From: a candidate division FCPU426 bacterium
GTDB taxonomy: Bacteria; Oederibacteriota; Muellerivitia; Muellerivitales; Muellerivitaceae
Assembly (NCBI GenBank): GCA_963719085.1
Contig: CAVRAL010000001.1
Span: 1,280,001 to 1,344,000 of the forward strand
DNA: 64,000 bases
Reading direction: 5' to 3'
Of this stretch, positions 1 through 9,451 are shown in pieces; position 1 is the stretch's first letter, and each line of letters begins with the position of its first letter. The position numbers and the translations under genes were made by a program. Under the pieces are notes generated by a model, which was not told where the DNA came from, did no database searches, and saw nothing but the letters and a program-made list of their open reading frames with translations.

Positions 1-2
1 TT

Positions 3-929
3 CGTGTCCCTCAAGTGCTCTTGATTGCCGGGGGTTCCATCGGCGAAATTTTTGAAATAGACGAAGGCTTGGTGGTGGAAAGTGAAATGCTTGGCGGGAT
101 GACCCGCGAGGGCGTCGTTCCACCCTTCGGAGAACCAGGCCCAGGAAATTTTTTTGTCGCTCAAACGGTCCCCGATCGTGGGCATGGTTTGGGCGGGGAC
201 TAAATTTTCCGCAGGGGTGTCCGCTTTATGGGGACCTTCGGCCGGATCCAAATCGTTGATAACGAAGCCATCGGGCGAGACGGGGCCGTCCTTCCCCGGG
301 AGCGGCATGCCGTCGGATCCCACCTGCGCCTTCAGGGCCTCCGGCGCGCCCGGAAAAACCGGGGGAGCCAAGGCCACAAACAGGATATGGTTCAAAAGCG
401 AGCCCCCGAAACCGCCGTGGAAATAATGGTCGCAGAGGGTATATTGGGCGGCCAATTTTCCTTCGGGCAGTTGGGCGGCGTCCACGCCGCTCATGACCAG
501 GCCGCCGTTGTTGCTGGCGGCCACGAACTTATCCATCTTCCCCCCGTCGATCTGGACCTGTTCCTGGTAAAAGCGGTGATGCATGTCCCCGGTGACGGCC
601 GTCACGGGGACATATTGGGTGAGGTCATAGGGTCCGACGGGCAGTGACTTCGGGAAACGATCGTCCCCGATTTTCTTTTTCGGGTCCAAATAAGGCTGAG
701 GCATGGCGGTCAGTGGCTTCCCCGCCAGGTCCACCTGTTTCACCGCGTCCCCGGCCTCCGCCAGCCCATCGGCGCCGGGAAACTTGCCGAAAAGGCCGTC
801 GAAGCTCCAGTTTTCTTGATAAATAACGATGATGTGCTGGATTTTTCCGTAATCCACCGGCCCCGCGGCGAATGCCCGGCCGCCTAAAGACAAAATCAAA
901 CCCATCGCGATCAAGACCCGGCGCCGCAT
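3..929 (-). CDS. acpA: Secreted acid phosphatase / phosphoesterase (AcpA / phospholipase C family), runs off the left edge
   Basis: Absent from the ORF track; my translation from ATG 929 (GGGAGG RBS) gives MRRRVLIAMGLILSLGGRAFAA (signal peptide), IQHIIVIYQENWSFDGLFG, GDMHHRFYQEQVQIDGGKMDKF and QYTLCDHYFHGGFGGSLLNH, which are phosphoesterase-family motifs. Confidence 0.85.
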   Translation of the reverse strand, partial: MRRRVLIAMGLILSLGGRAFAAGPVDYGKIQHIIVIYQENWSFDGLFGKFPGADGLAEAGDAVKQVDLAGKPLTAMPQPYLDPKKKIGDDRFPKSLPVGPYDLTQYVPVTAVTGDMHHRFYQEQVQIDGGKMDKFVAASNNGGLVMSGVDAAQLPEGKLAAQYTLCDHYFHGGFGGSLLNHILFVALAPPVFPGAPEALKAQVGSDGMPLPGKDGPVSPDGFVINDLDPAEGPHKADTPAENLVPAQTMPTIGDRLSDKKISWAWFSEGWNDALAGHPAKHFTFHHQAFVYFKNFADGTPGNQEHLRDT

Positions 930-942
930 AGAATCCTCCCGA

Positions 943-1506
943 TTAATTGAGCTTAAAGGAAATAGGAAGCCGCACCCGGCAATTCATCGGCTGTCCCGTC
1001 TTGTCCAGGGCCGGTTGGAACCTGGCGTCTTTCAGTTTGTCCAACACCACCGCGTTGAACGCCGGATCGGCGCCCTGAAGGATGGTCACTTGATCGACCT
1101 TTCCCTCGATATTGATCAGAAGCTCCACAATCACCCGGCCCTCTTTTTTTTGCTTGCGCATCTCCATCGGATAATCGTCCTCGTCGATCAATCCGCCCAC
1201 CCAAGAAGGCTGGCGGCTGGCCACGGCGACCGCCGCCTCCTCGGGAGTTGGCGTCGGCATGACTTTCGGCGGCGGCGCCTTCCCTTTTTTCGCCAGGATC
1301 CAGATCTCCGGAAGCGGGGTGGGTCGGGCGTCCACCGTCAAAAGAGGGACGTTGCTCTGGTCGACGTCGATCCGGTATTCGGCATGCGCTTCTCCCCAGG
1401 CGATAATCCCCAAAGCCCCGCCGAAAAGCCCGGCGTGCAACAGTCCGGATATCAGCATGCCCCGGAAAAGGCGGTCCCGCAGAATTTCGCCGAAAAGGCG
1501 TTTCAC
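943..1506 (-). CDS. tonB: Energy transducer TonB
   Basis: N-terminal TM with SxxxH, Pro-rich linker, C-terminal YP..EGRV...ARFQPA TonB domain. Confidence 0.9.
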   Translation of the reverse strand: MKRLFGEILRDRLFRGMLISGLLHAGLFGGALGIIAWGEAHAEYRIDVDQSNVPLLTVDARPTPLPEIWILAKKGKAPPPKVMPTPTPEEAAVAVASRQPSWVGGLIDEDDYPMEMRKQKKEGRVIVELLINIEGKVDQVTILQGADPAFNAVVLDKLKDARFQPALDKTGQPMNCRVRLPISFKLN

Positions 1507-1910
1507 TATTCCCGATCCATCGCCAGGGCCACCTTTTGGACGCCCCCCAGCTTGATCGCGTCCAGAACCGCGGCCAGCTTTTCATAAGTAATGTTTTTAT
1601 CCGCCTTGAGGATCACCTTCACGTCGGGATCGGTTCCCGACTCTACCGCCATTTGCTGCCGCAAACCCTCCAGGTCGATGTCTTTTCGGTTGAACTTAAG
1701 TTCCCCCTCCTCACCCAAAGTGACCGTGAGGGCGGGCTGGGGGGCCTTTTCCTCTTTCACCACCTTGGGCAAATGCACTTGAAGCGCCTGTTCGCTGATG
1801 AATGAGGAGATCACCATAAAAATGATGAGCAGCACCAGCGTGATGTCGACCAGGGGAGTGACGTTGATGCCGGTGACCAGGTTGCTGTCGTCGGAGCTGG
1901 GCAGCATCAT
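1506..1910 (-). CDS. exbD: Biopolymer transport protein ExbD/TolR
   Basis: INVTPLVDITLVLLIIFMV motif; ILKADK. Confidence 0.92.
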   Translation of the reverse strand: MMLPSSDDSNLVTGINVTPLVDITLVLLIIFMVISSFISEQALQVHLPKVVKEEKAPQPALTVTLGEEGELKFNRKDIDLEGLRQQMAVESGTDPDVKVILKADKNITYEKLAAVLDAIKLGGVQKVALAMDRE

Positions 1911-2533
1911 TTCGCCTTTTCTTGCTTGAGATAGGCCAGCAGGATCCGGGAAAGGCCGTCGGTGTTGGTTTGGATTTCCTTTAAGCGGGTGAGGAAAAAA
2001 TTGTTGGCGATGACCGCCGGGATGGCCACCAAAATGCCGAAGGCCGTCGCGATTAAGGCGCTGGAAATACCCGACATCACCACGGCCACGCCGCTTTGGC
2101 CCGTCATTCCCAGATCATTAAAAGCCTTAATCACGCCCAAAACCGTCCCAAAAAGCCCGACGAAGGGGGCGTTATTGCCCAAGGTCCCCAGGATGATCAG
2201 GTACCTTTCCAATTCCATTTTTTCCCGCAGCCAATGGGCGACCATCACTTCTTCCACCGTCGCCGCGCCCTTGGAAAAGCTTTTCAATCCCGCCAGCGCC
2301 ACCCGGGCCTCGACCCTTTGGCTTTTTTCAGCCAGGGCGATGGCCCCGGGGATATCCCGTTTTTCCAGGCTTGCCGCCAGGCTGTCCATCAAGGAGGCCA
2401 GATCGCCCTTATTTTTATTAAAGACCTTCGCCCGCTCAATCATCACGCCGATCGAACCAACGCTGGCCAGGATCAGCAACACAATCACCCAGGTGTCGCC
2501 CAACAAGGCCAGATGCATGAAAATTAAGCTCAT
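1907..2533 (-). CDS. exbB: MotA/TolQ/ExbB proton channel
   Basis: APFVGLFGTVLGVIKAF and GISSALIATAFGILVAIPA motifs. Confidence 0.92.
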   Translation of the reverse strand: MSLIFMHLALLGDTWVIVLLILASVGSIGVMIERAKVFNKNKGDLASLMDSLAASLEKRDIPGAIALAEKSQRVEARVALAGLKSFSKGAATVEEVMVAHWLREKMELERYLIILGTLGNNAPFVGLFGTVLGVIKAFNDLGMTGQSGVAVVMSGISSALIATAFGILVAIPAVIANNFFLTRLKEIQTNTDGLSRILLAYLKQEKAK

Positions 2534-2705
2534 TTAAATTCCTTTGTTCGATCTTGATTCAAGGAAACGCGGGTTCCCTTGATGATAAAAAGCCAAAACC
2601 AGGCGCAAGGTTTCGATCCCTGAAATCGAAACCACGCGCCGGGTTGGCCGGGGGATTTTGGTTGAATCCCTTTGAGTCTTCAATTCAAGCTTTTTCAACC
2701 CTCGG

Positions 2706-5423
2706 TTAAAAGTCGACGACCAATCCGCCGTCGAAGGAGGGACCGTAATACTCATTTTGAATCGGGAGGTTGGACGACCCCTGGTAATAGCGGAGCGGTT
2801 CGTTATTTAGGTTATTGCCATCGGCGTAGACCGTGAAGTCCTTGGTGAAGGCGTACTGGACCTTCGCGTCGATCTGGAAATAATCGTCATAATAAACATT
2901 CGGCACCGGGCCGCCCAAGGAAGACGGCAGGGCTTGGTCCCCGATCAAGGACAGGTTTTTCCCGGTGAAGGAACCGCCGACATCAATCGTCAGCCCGTTC
3001 TTCTTGTAAAAGAGCCCGGCGTTCCAGATGAGGTCGGACTGGCTGGGCAGTTCGGTATAAACCCCCGGGGAAGTTTCCCCCTGGGACCACATCCTGGAAA
3101 CCGAGCCCCGGAAGCCCACTCCATCGAAGGGATCGGGCAGCATGGTGTATTGCTGTTGGTACTGGAATTCCAGCCCATAGATCTGCGAATAGGGGATGTT
3201 CGAGTAGGTGATGGTCGTCGTCACCCCGCCCGAATTGATCACCTCGGCGTAATCCGGCGCGAAGTAGTTGCTGATATCCTTCACGAACCCGTCGACGGCC
3301 AGGATGGCGCCCTTGGCCGGATAAAATTCCCAAGAGCTGTCGATGTTGTTCGAGACCATGGCCTTTAGGTTTGGATTACCGTAGGTGTTGGTGACGACCG
3401 GGTCCGCCGAGGAAGTTCCCCCGTTGTTGTTTTGTCCCAAGGTGGGCGAGGGAATATATTGGTTGTAGGTCGGGCGGGCCAGCGTCTCCGAAAAGTTGAT
3501 CCGGGTGGTGAAGTCGGGATTAAACACGTACTTCATGCCCAAACTCGGCAAGACATTGGCGTAGTCGATGGTTCCCCTCTCGTGTGTCGCCGCGCCCAAT
3601 TCCACGCTATCCACGGGGTAATCCGAGTAGGCGTTGTACCAGTCGTATTTAATGTCCGTCGCTTCCACCCGGACGCCGCCCATGACCGTCATTTGGCCCG
3701 AGGTCAGGGTATACATGGCGTAACCCGCGTAGACATTTTCCCAAGAGTCCCAATCCAAAGCCTTGTCGGCCACCGGATCGCTCTCAACCAGGGCGCTGGC
3801 ATAGGGGCTGGAAGGGCTATTGAGCAGGCTCGTCAAGGCGCCCAGACCCGGGACCGGGCCCATGTTGTAAATGTCGCCGGGATAGAAAGAAGGCAGTGAA
3901 AAGGGGCTGAAGTCCGCCATGGTGGCCGGGTTCAGGGTGTTGGGGGCGAAATTCTTATCGTTGTAATCGGCGAAACTCATGTTCGCGTCCGCGCCGAATT
4001 TGAGGGTGCCCTTATCATCGCCGCCGAGGGACATATCGGTTTTACCGTCGGCTTTGAAGCCGTATTGATTCACCGTATAGGCCGATTGTTCGTTCGTGAA
4101 ACCCGAAAGCGCGAAATTGGCCGGGTCATTCTCCCCGGTCATCGCGCTGTTGTCGAAAGTGGGGCTGTTGCCGTTGTTCGTGGAATTGTTATAAGTGATC
4201 GTCCCGCCCAGATTGCTGTTCTTGTTTTTAAACGCGTAGCCGTAATGCCAAGGCACGTTTTGATCCGAGTAGGAATAGCTGGCCTTATAATCTAAATCCA
4301 AGCCGTTGAGATTATTGTCGCCGCCCAAACCCAGCCCCAAGGTGCGGAACTGGGTCAATTCATAGCTGACCTTATCCGACAACTTGGTCCCGTCGGCGCC
4401 GACGTCAATCGTATAGCTTCCGTCCGGGTTCAAGGTGGCGTTCCCCGTGGTGGCGTCGATGTTTTGATAGGCCGTAGTCCACTTCGGGGTACGGTACTCG
4501 TCATAACCGCTGTACATCAAATCGGCGTAATACTTGTTGTCCTTGTCAACCGAGAGGTCGATGTTCGCCCCTAACCCGCCCCGGATGCGGTCATAATCAT
4601 AATATTGGAAGTCATATTCGTTGATGGAATTGGGGCCCAATTGCCCCGAGCCGGCGGGGGTATAGGTCTCTTCCAGGTCGTCAATCCCGAATCTTTTCTC
4701 ATCGCCCGAGGCCGTGAAAAGGAAGCCCAGTTTGGCCTGCCCCCCGAGGTTCAGGGTTTCCGCCCAGGTCAAGTCCGCGGCGTAGGTGGGATCCTGGCGC
4801 TCCGGGACATAACCCCCTTCGGCTTTGAGCTCGTGGAAGCTTCCGGCGTAATCAAAAGCCGACTTGGGAACGAGGTTCATCTGTCCGCCGACTCCCTGCC
4901 CGTCCATATCCGGCAGGATGGTCTTGAAAACTTCCATCTCTCCCACCAGGCCGGCCGGAATATCGTCGAGGTCCACCGACCGCGAAGAATCGTCATAAGA
5001 CGGAATGAGCGTTTCGTTGAAAGTGACGATGTCCAGGTTCGAGTCCGTCCCCCGGATGGAGATGTAGCGGGGTTCCCCCGTATCGTGCTGGACCCCGACT
5101 CCGGGCAATTGCTGGGACGCCTGGGCCACGGTTTTGGCCGGGGTTTGGTTGATCTGGTCCTGGGAAAGGATGTTCACTTTATTCAGGGAGTCGTGCATCT
5201 GGTCAAAGGCCGCGGCTTGGTCGATCCCGCGGGCCTTCACCGTGACTTCGGGAAGTTCCGAAACGCCCGTCACGGCGGCGGCGAAGGTGTTGGCTTGGCC
5301 TTCCACGGGGGTGGGCATGGTGGCGTCGTCGGCTTTGGCGTTGGAAGACAACATGAAAGAGGAAATAAGAAACAACCCAAACGCTAAAAGAGGGGAGACG
5401 GTCCACTGAATCCGCATAACCAC
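2706..5423 (-). CDS. TonB-dependent outer-membrane receptor
   Basis: Signal peptide, TonB box (PEVTVKA), plug (LPGVGV..GEPRYISIRG), GNPNLK, NNLNNE, terminal Phe. Confidence 0.93.
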   Translation of the reverse strand: MVMRIQWTVSPLLAFGLFLISSFMLSSNAKADDATMPTPVEGQANTFAAAVTGVSELPEVTVKARGIDQAAAFDQMHDSLNKVNILSQDQINQTPAKTVAQASQQLPGVGVQHDTGEPRYISIRGTDSNLDIVTFNETLIPSYDDSSRSVDLDDIPAGLVGEMEVFKTILPDMDGQGVGGQMNLVPKSAFDYAGSFHELKAEGGYVPERQDPTYAADLTWAETLNLGGQAKLGFLFTASGDEKRFGIDDLEETYTPAGSGQLGPNSINEYDFQYYDYDRIRGGLGANIDLSVDKDNKYYADLMYSGYDEYRTPKWTTAYQNIDATTGNATLNPDGSYTIDVGADGTKLSDKVSYELTQFRTLGLGLGGDNNLNGLDLDYKASYSYSDQNVPWHYGYAFKNKNSNLGGTITYNNSTNNGNSPTFDNSAMTGENDPANFALSGFTNEQSAYTVNQYGFKADGKTDMSLGGDDKGTLKFGADANMSFADYNDKNFAPNTLNPATMADFSPFSLPSFYPGDIYNMGPVPGLGALTSLLNSPSSPYASALVESDPVADKALDWDSWENVYAGYAMYTLTSGQMTVMGGVRVEATDIKYDWYNAYSDYPVDSVELGAATHERGTIDYANVLPSLGMKYVFNPDFTTRINFSETLARPTYNQYIPSPTLGQNNNGGTSSADPVVTNTYGNPNLKAMVSNNIDSSWEFYPAKGAILAVDGFVKDISNYFAPDYAEVINSGGVTTTITYSNIPYSQIYGLEFQYQQQYTMLPDPFDGVGFRGSVSRMWSQGETSPGVYTELPSQSDLIWNAGLFYKKNGLTIDVGGSFTGKNLSLIGDQALPSSLGGPVPNVYYDDYFQIDAKVQYAFTKDFTVYADGNNLNNEPLRYYQGSSNLPIQNEYYGPSFDGGLVVDF

Positions 5424-5516
5424 TTCCTTTCAAAAACCCAGGATCAAAGCGTGCGTGAATGTAGGGATCCGCCATGCCCCGAACGTTTCCAGTAGATTAA
5501 ATAAAGGTAACGATCC

Positions 5517-5556
5517 GATGACGAAATCGTCATCTTGCCGTCATTTCAACGATCAT
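5517..5556. promoter_or_regulatory. OmpR-family operator: palindrome GATGAC-N6-GTCATC overlapping tandem GTCAT repeats
   Basis: GATGACGAAATCGTCATC at 5517-5534; GTCAT at 5529 and 5540, ATCAT at 5552; lies between the divergent TBDR operon and the response regulator. Confidence 0.6.
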
Positions 5557-5630
5557 TTACGCCCCGGCGATCGCGCTCAAATCGCGGAATTTAACTTGCT
5601 ACTTTTCCGCGTTTGAAATTACATAGGCCC

Positions 5631-6305
5631 ATGAAAATCCTCGTCATCGAAGACGAACCCAAAACCCGGAACTATTTATCCAAAGGCCTGACCGAAAACG
5701 GCTATTTGGTCAATTGCTCGGGCAAGGGCGGCGAAGGTTACCACATGGCCCGGGTCGGCGCTTACGATCTGCTCATCTTGGACGTCATGCTTCCGGAAAA
5801 AGACGGCTGGTCGATCTTGGAGGATTTGCGGGGGTCGGGCCACCGCTTCCCCATTCTTTTTTTAACCGCCCGGGACGCCGTGGGGGACCGGGTGAAGGGC
5901 TTGGAATCCGGCGCCGATGATTACTTGGTGAAGCCCTTCGCCTTCGCGGAACTTTTGGCCCGGGTCCACTCGCTTCTTCGGCGAAGCCCGGCCCGGTCGT
6001 CCGAAAGGCTGAAGGTCGCGGATTTAGAAATCGACCCCATCAACCACAAGACCCTGCGGTCCGGAAAAAGGCTCGACCTCACGCCCAAAGAATTCGCGCT
6101 TCTCTTTTTACTGGCGACCCGCGCGGGCGACGTTTTATCCCGGACCCGCCTGGCGGAGCAGGTATGGGAGATGAATTTTGACAGCGACACCAATGTGGTG
6201 GATGTGCATGTGCGCCGGCTTCGCGCCAAAGTGGATGACCCCTTCAGCCGGAAGTTAATCCATACCGTCCGGGGGGTGGGTTATGTTCTCGAAGACCGGG
6301 GATAA
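5631..6305 (+). CDS. Heavy-metal-type response regulator (CusR/CopR/CzcR-like, OmpR family)
   Basis: MKILVIEDE, DVMLP, LTARD, GADDYLVKPF, VWEMNFDSDTNVVDV, HTVRGVGY. Confidence 0.92.
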   Translation: MKILVIEDEPKTRNYLSKGLTENGYLVNCSGKGGEGYHMARVGAYDLLILDVMLPEKDGWSILEDLRGSGHRFPILFLTARDAVGDRVKGLESGADDYLVKPFAFAELLARVHSLLRRSPARSSERLKVADLEIDPINHKTLRSGKRLDLTPKEFALLFLLATRAGDVLSRTRLAEQVWEMNFDSDTNVVDVHVRRLRAKVDDPFSRKLIHTVRGVGYVLEDRG

Positions 6306-7719
6306 AAAAGAAAATTCAGCAAGCCCAGGCTCCCTGGCCACCCGCATGACCCTCTGGTACGCCCTTTGCGCCTTCGCGTTGGTCTTCACGGCCTCCGGAT
6401 TTCTTTACCATGCCCTGTCCGACGGCCTAAATCACGAGAACGACGTTCTGCTTTCCCAAAATTTTCAAAGTTTAACCTCGTATATGAACAAATCGCCCGG
6501 CGACCTTTATGACCTCCAGCAATTCGTCGGCCAAAGGCCCAAGTGGTACCGGACCACCTCTTTTTGGACGAGAATCCTGGATGGGAACCAGCTCTTGACC
6601 GAGACCCCCGGCATGTCGCGGTCCCTGCCCCGCGCCCTGTTTCAAAAAGGATACCCCAATGCCTGGAACTCCTCCGTCCGTTCCACCGAGGGAATTCCTT
6701 TCCGGGTCTTATCCACCCAAGGCGTTTGGCCCGGCTATATTCACCCCCAGGTCGCCATCCAGATGGCCATTGATATGAGCCCGGACGAAAAGATCCTAAA
6801 ACGATTCCGGAAAAAACTTTTGATCGTCTTGGCCGGTTCGCTTTTAGCCTACGCCTTCACGGGCTACTGGATCGCCCAACGGGGAATCCAACCGGTGAGG
6901 CTCATGGCGAAAACCGCCGCCCGGATCGGGTCCAGCACCTTGTACGAGCGCCTGGAGCGCGAAGGGCTCCCTTCCGAGCTTTCGGATTTAGCCGCCACCT
7001 TCAACGGCATGCTGGACCGCTTGGAGGATTCCTTCGCCCGGCTTTCCCGCTTCAGTTCCGACATCGCGCACGAGCTGAGGACGCCGCTCCAAAATTTGCG
7101 GGGGGAAGCGGAAGTGATATTGAGCAAAGAACGCGCTCCCGCCGACTACCAGGAGCTTTTGGGCTCTGCGCTTGAGGAATACCAGCGGCTCGCCAACCTG
7201 ATTGACCGGCTTCTTTTCCTCGCGCGGGCGGAAAATCCCCAGACCCATATCCAACGGGAGGAGCTGGATTTGAAGAAAGAACTGGGACTGCTTCAGGATT
7301 TTTACAACTTATCGGCGGGCGAAAAGGGCGTCACTTTGCGGGCGCAAGCCCCCGAGGGGCTTCAGGCGGACTTGGATCGGTCTTTATTCCAAAGGGCCGT
7401 GGGAAACCTGATTGAAAACGCCTTGAAATACACTCCCGCCGGCGGGGCGATCCACTTAAAAGCTTCCAGTGAAACCGGGAAAGTCCGGTTGGAAGTTTCC
7501 GACACCGGAAATGGAATACCACCCGAACAGGTTTCCCGTGTGTTCGACCGCTTTTACCGGGTGGACCCTTCCCGCTCACCCTTGTCGGGCGGCGCCGGCT
7601 TGGGACTTTCGATCGTGAAAAGCATCATGGACCTTCACGGGGGGACGGTGGAGATTAAAAGCGAGCCTTCCCGGGGAACCACGATCACCCTTTGGTTCCC
7701 GGTTCTCCAACGGGCGTGA
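6283..7719 (+). CDS. Heavy-metal-type sensor histidine kinase (CusS-like)
   Basis: Two TMs, HAMP, FSSDIAHELRTP H-box, N/G1/F/G2 boxes. Confidence 0.92.
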   Translation: MFSKTGDKKENSASPGSLATRMTLWYALCAFALVFTASGFLYHALSDGLNHENDVLLSQNFQSLTSYMNKSPGDLYDLQQFVGQRPKWYRTTSFWTRILDGNQLLTETPGMSRSLPRALFQKGYPNAWNSSVRSTEGIPFRVLSTQGVWPGYIHPQVAIQMAIDMSPDEKILKRFRKKLLIVLAGSLLAYAFTGYWIAQRGIQPVRLMAKTAARIGSSTLYERLEREGLPSELSDLAATFNGMLDRLEDSFARLSRFSSDIAHELRTPLQNLRGEAEVILSKERAPADYQELLGSALEEYQRLANLIDRLLFLARAENPQTHIQREELDLKKELGLLQDFYNLSAGEKGVTLRAQAPEGLQADLDRSLFQRAVGNLIENALKYTPAGGAIHLKASSETGKVRLEVSDTGNGIPPEQVSRVFDRFYRVDPSRSPLSGGAGLGLSIVKSIMDLHGGTVEIKSEPSRGTTITLWFPVLQRA

Positions 7720-7721
7720 CT

Positions 7722-8234
7722 TTATTTTAAATGAACCGCGTCCCGCAGAAACTGGACGGTTCCTTGCGCGCCCGAGTAGCCCACTTGTTGGGTGGACTGG
7801 TCGTTGGGGTAACGGACCACTAATGTGGGAAAACCGCTGACACTGTACTTGCTTTGAAGCGCGGCGACTTCCGGCGGGTTTTTCCCGTCCTCTTGATAGC
7901 GGTCCATCACCCGCACCGGGATGAAATACTGGTTGATGAATTGGGCCACCGGCTTCACCTCGAAAACTTCGGCTTCCAAGATCTGGCAATAGTGGCACCA
8001 TCCCGCCGTGAAATCGTAAAGAATACACTTTTTGCTCTCTTTGAACTGGGCTTCCCCTTCTTGGACGGACAACCATTGGATGCTATCGCTGTATTGGCCC
8101 GGAATGGCCGGCGGGATTTCCGGAGGTTTGAAATAGTTGTAGCCGGCGATGATGGCCCAAACCACGAAGATTATCCCCGCCGCCTGGGCCAGGACGACCC
8201 AAATGGAAACCGATTCGGATTTTGAGCTCGCCAT
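7722..8234 (-). CDS. Membrane-anchored thioredoxin-family protein
   Basis: N-terminal TM, YDFTAGWCHYC (CxxC), GFPT cis-Pro; start uncertain. Confidence 0.8.
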   Translation of the reverse strand: MASSKSESVSIWVVLAQAAGIIFVVWAIIAGYNYFKPPEIPPAIPGQYSDSIQWLSVQEGEAQFKESKKCILYDFTAGWCHYCQILEAEVFEVKPVAQFINQYFIPVRVMDRYQEDGKNPPEVAALQSKYSVSGFPTLVVRYPNDQSTQQVGYSGAQGTVQFLRDAVHLK

Positions 8235-8312
8235 TCCACCCTTCCTTTGTGGTTCCCGCCCGTTCCGGGCCAAAGCGCCACCCGGACATTGGGTCATCAA
8301 TAAATTGTCATC

Positions 8313-8328
8313 TATGTTCTAAATCATA
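8313..8328. promoter_or_regulatory. Crp/Fnr-type box (TATGT-N6-TCATA)
   Basis: One mismatch to the recurring TATGA-N6-TCATA motif; ~50 bp upstream of the ATG at 8379. Confidence 0.55.
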
Positions 8329-8378
8329 TAGCCAAAACCCGGAAGGAGCGAAACTAATTCCAATACAGGGAGGCCGCC

Positions 8379-9182
8379 ATGAAAAAACGTCAAGTTTACG
8401 CCTTGTCCGGATGTTTCGTGGGCGCGGGCGCGCCCTTGGGCGCTTTATTGCTTCAATACCTTTTTCAGCATCCCGGCATAGCCCCTATTTCATTCGTCGA
8501 CGCCCAATGGAACTCCCAACCTTTTTTTTACTGGTACATGCTCGTCAGCACTTGCGTGGTCCTCACGGTTTTGGGTTACTATCTCGGCCGCTACGAGGAC
8601 CGGGAACTCACTCATCTTCGTTGGGCCCAATATAGCGCCCAATTGGATCCGGTCACGGGCGTCGTCGGTCCCGTCCAATTCGAGGTTTTAACCCGGTCGG
8701 CTTGGGAAAACTTTCCCGCCCGAGGCTTTTACCTCGCCGGACTGGCGATACAAATCGACGGCCTGGAGGAGATTGATAAAAAGTACGGACACACCTTCGG
8801 CTTAGGCGTCCTGCGGGATGTGGCTTGGCTCCTTCATTTTTCCACCCGCGAAGGGGACCTGGTCACGCGGGAAGAAACCAAGTTTGTCTGCCTCCTCCCC
8901 CGTTGCGACGCCGCAGAAGCCGCCTCCATCGTCCGTCGGCTTCAAGAAAAACTCAGGGACCAAACCTTCCGGTACGAAAACGAAGTGGTCCACCTCACTG
9001 TGAGCGCCGGAATTTCGGTCACCGACTCCCCCTTGACCGGAAACCCGCGGGATCTTTTCAGACAAGCCGGCGAAAATCTGGCGATCGCGGCCAAGGGCGG
9101 TTTCGGCCAAATTCTGTCGAGCGCGATGAACCCGGCTTCCGGATCCATTCCGGGGACCGAGACCGTGGCGGACGCGTCATAA
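8379..9182 (+). CDS. Membrane protein with degenerate GGDEF domain
   Basis: Two TMs, DPVTG, IDKKYGHTFG, TVSAGIS; GGDEF replaced by REETKF; RxxD (REGD) retained. Confidence 0.8.
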   Translation: MKKRQVYALSGCFVGAGAPLGALLLQYLFQHPGIAPISFVDAQWNSQPFFYWYMLVSTCVVLTVLGYYLGRYEDRELTHLRWAQYSAQLDPVTGVVGPVQFEVLTRSAWENFPARGFYLAGLAIQIDGLEEIDKKYGHTFGLGVLRDVAWLLHFSTREGDLVTREETKFVCLLPRCDAAEAASIVRRLQEKLRDQTFRYENEVVHLTVSAGISVTDSPLTGNPRDLFRQAGENLAIAAKGGFGQILSSAMNPASGSIPGTETVADAS

Positions 9183-9199
9183 AATTTCAGGAGGCGGCT

Positions 9200-9433
9200 A
9201 TGTTAAATTTCAATCAATCAAACTCAAAAGACGCCGAATTAGGATCGGCCATCAGCCGCATGATCTCCGGGATGGCGTCGGGCCTGCATGTCAGCGCCGA
9301 GGCCGGCCATGTCACGATTTCCGGAATGGTGGATGACTTCGGGACCAAGCGGGACATCTCGGCCGCCGTCCAGGGCATGGGCGGGGTCAAGACCCTTTCC
9401 AACTGCATCCGGGTCACTCCCATCGGCGATTGA
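9200..9433 (+). CDS. Single BON-domain protein
   Basis: GGAGG RBS before ATG 9200; LHVSAEAGHVTISGMV...GVKTLSNCIRV pattern. Confidence 0.75.
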   Translation: MLNFNQSNSKDAELGSAISRMISGMASGLHVSAEAGHVTISGMVDDFGTKRDISAAVQGMGGVKTLSNCIRVTPIGD

Positions 9434-9451
9434 TTTTTTAGGGCCTTCATT

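Noticed and set aside
15..826. Plus-strand ORFs in the ORF track
   Set aside because: Shadows of the minus-strand acid phosphatase gene, which the track missed because it runs off the edge.
8825..9199. N-terminal extension of the 202-aa ORF
   Set aside because: Overlaps the GGDEF gene; the real start is the RBS-preceded ATG at 9200.
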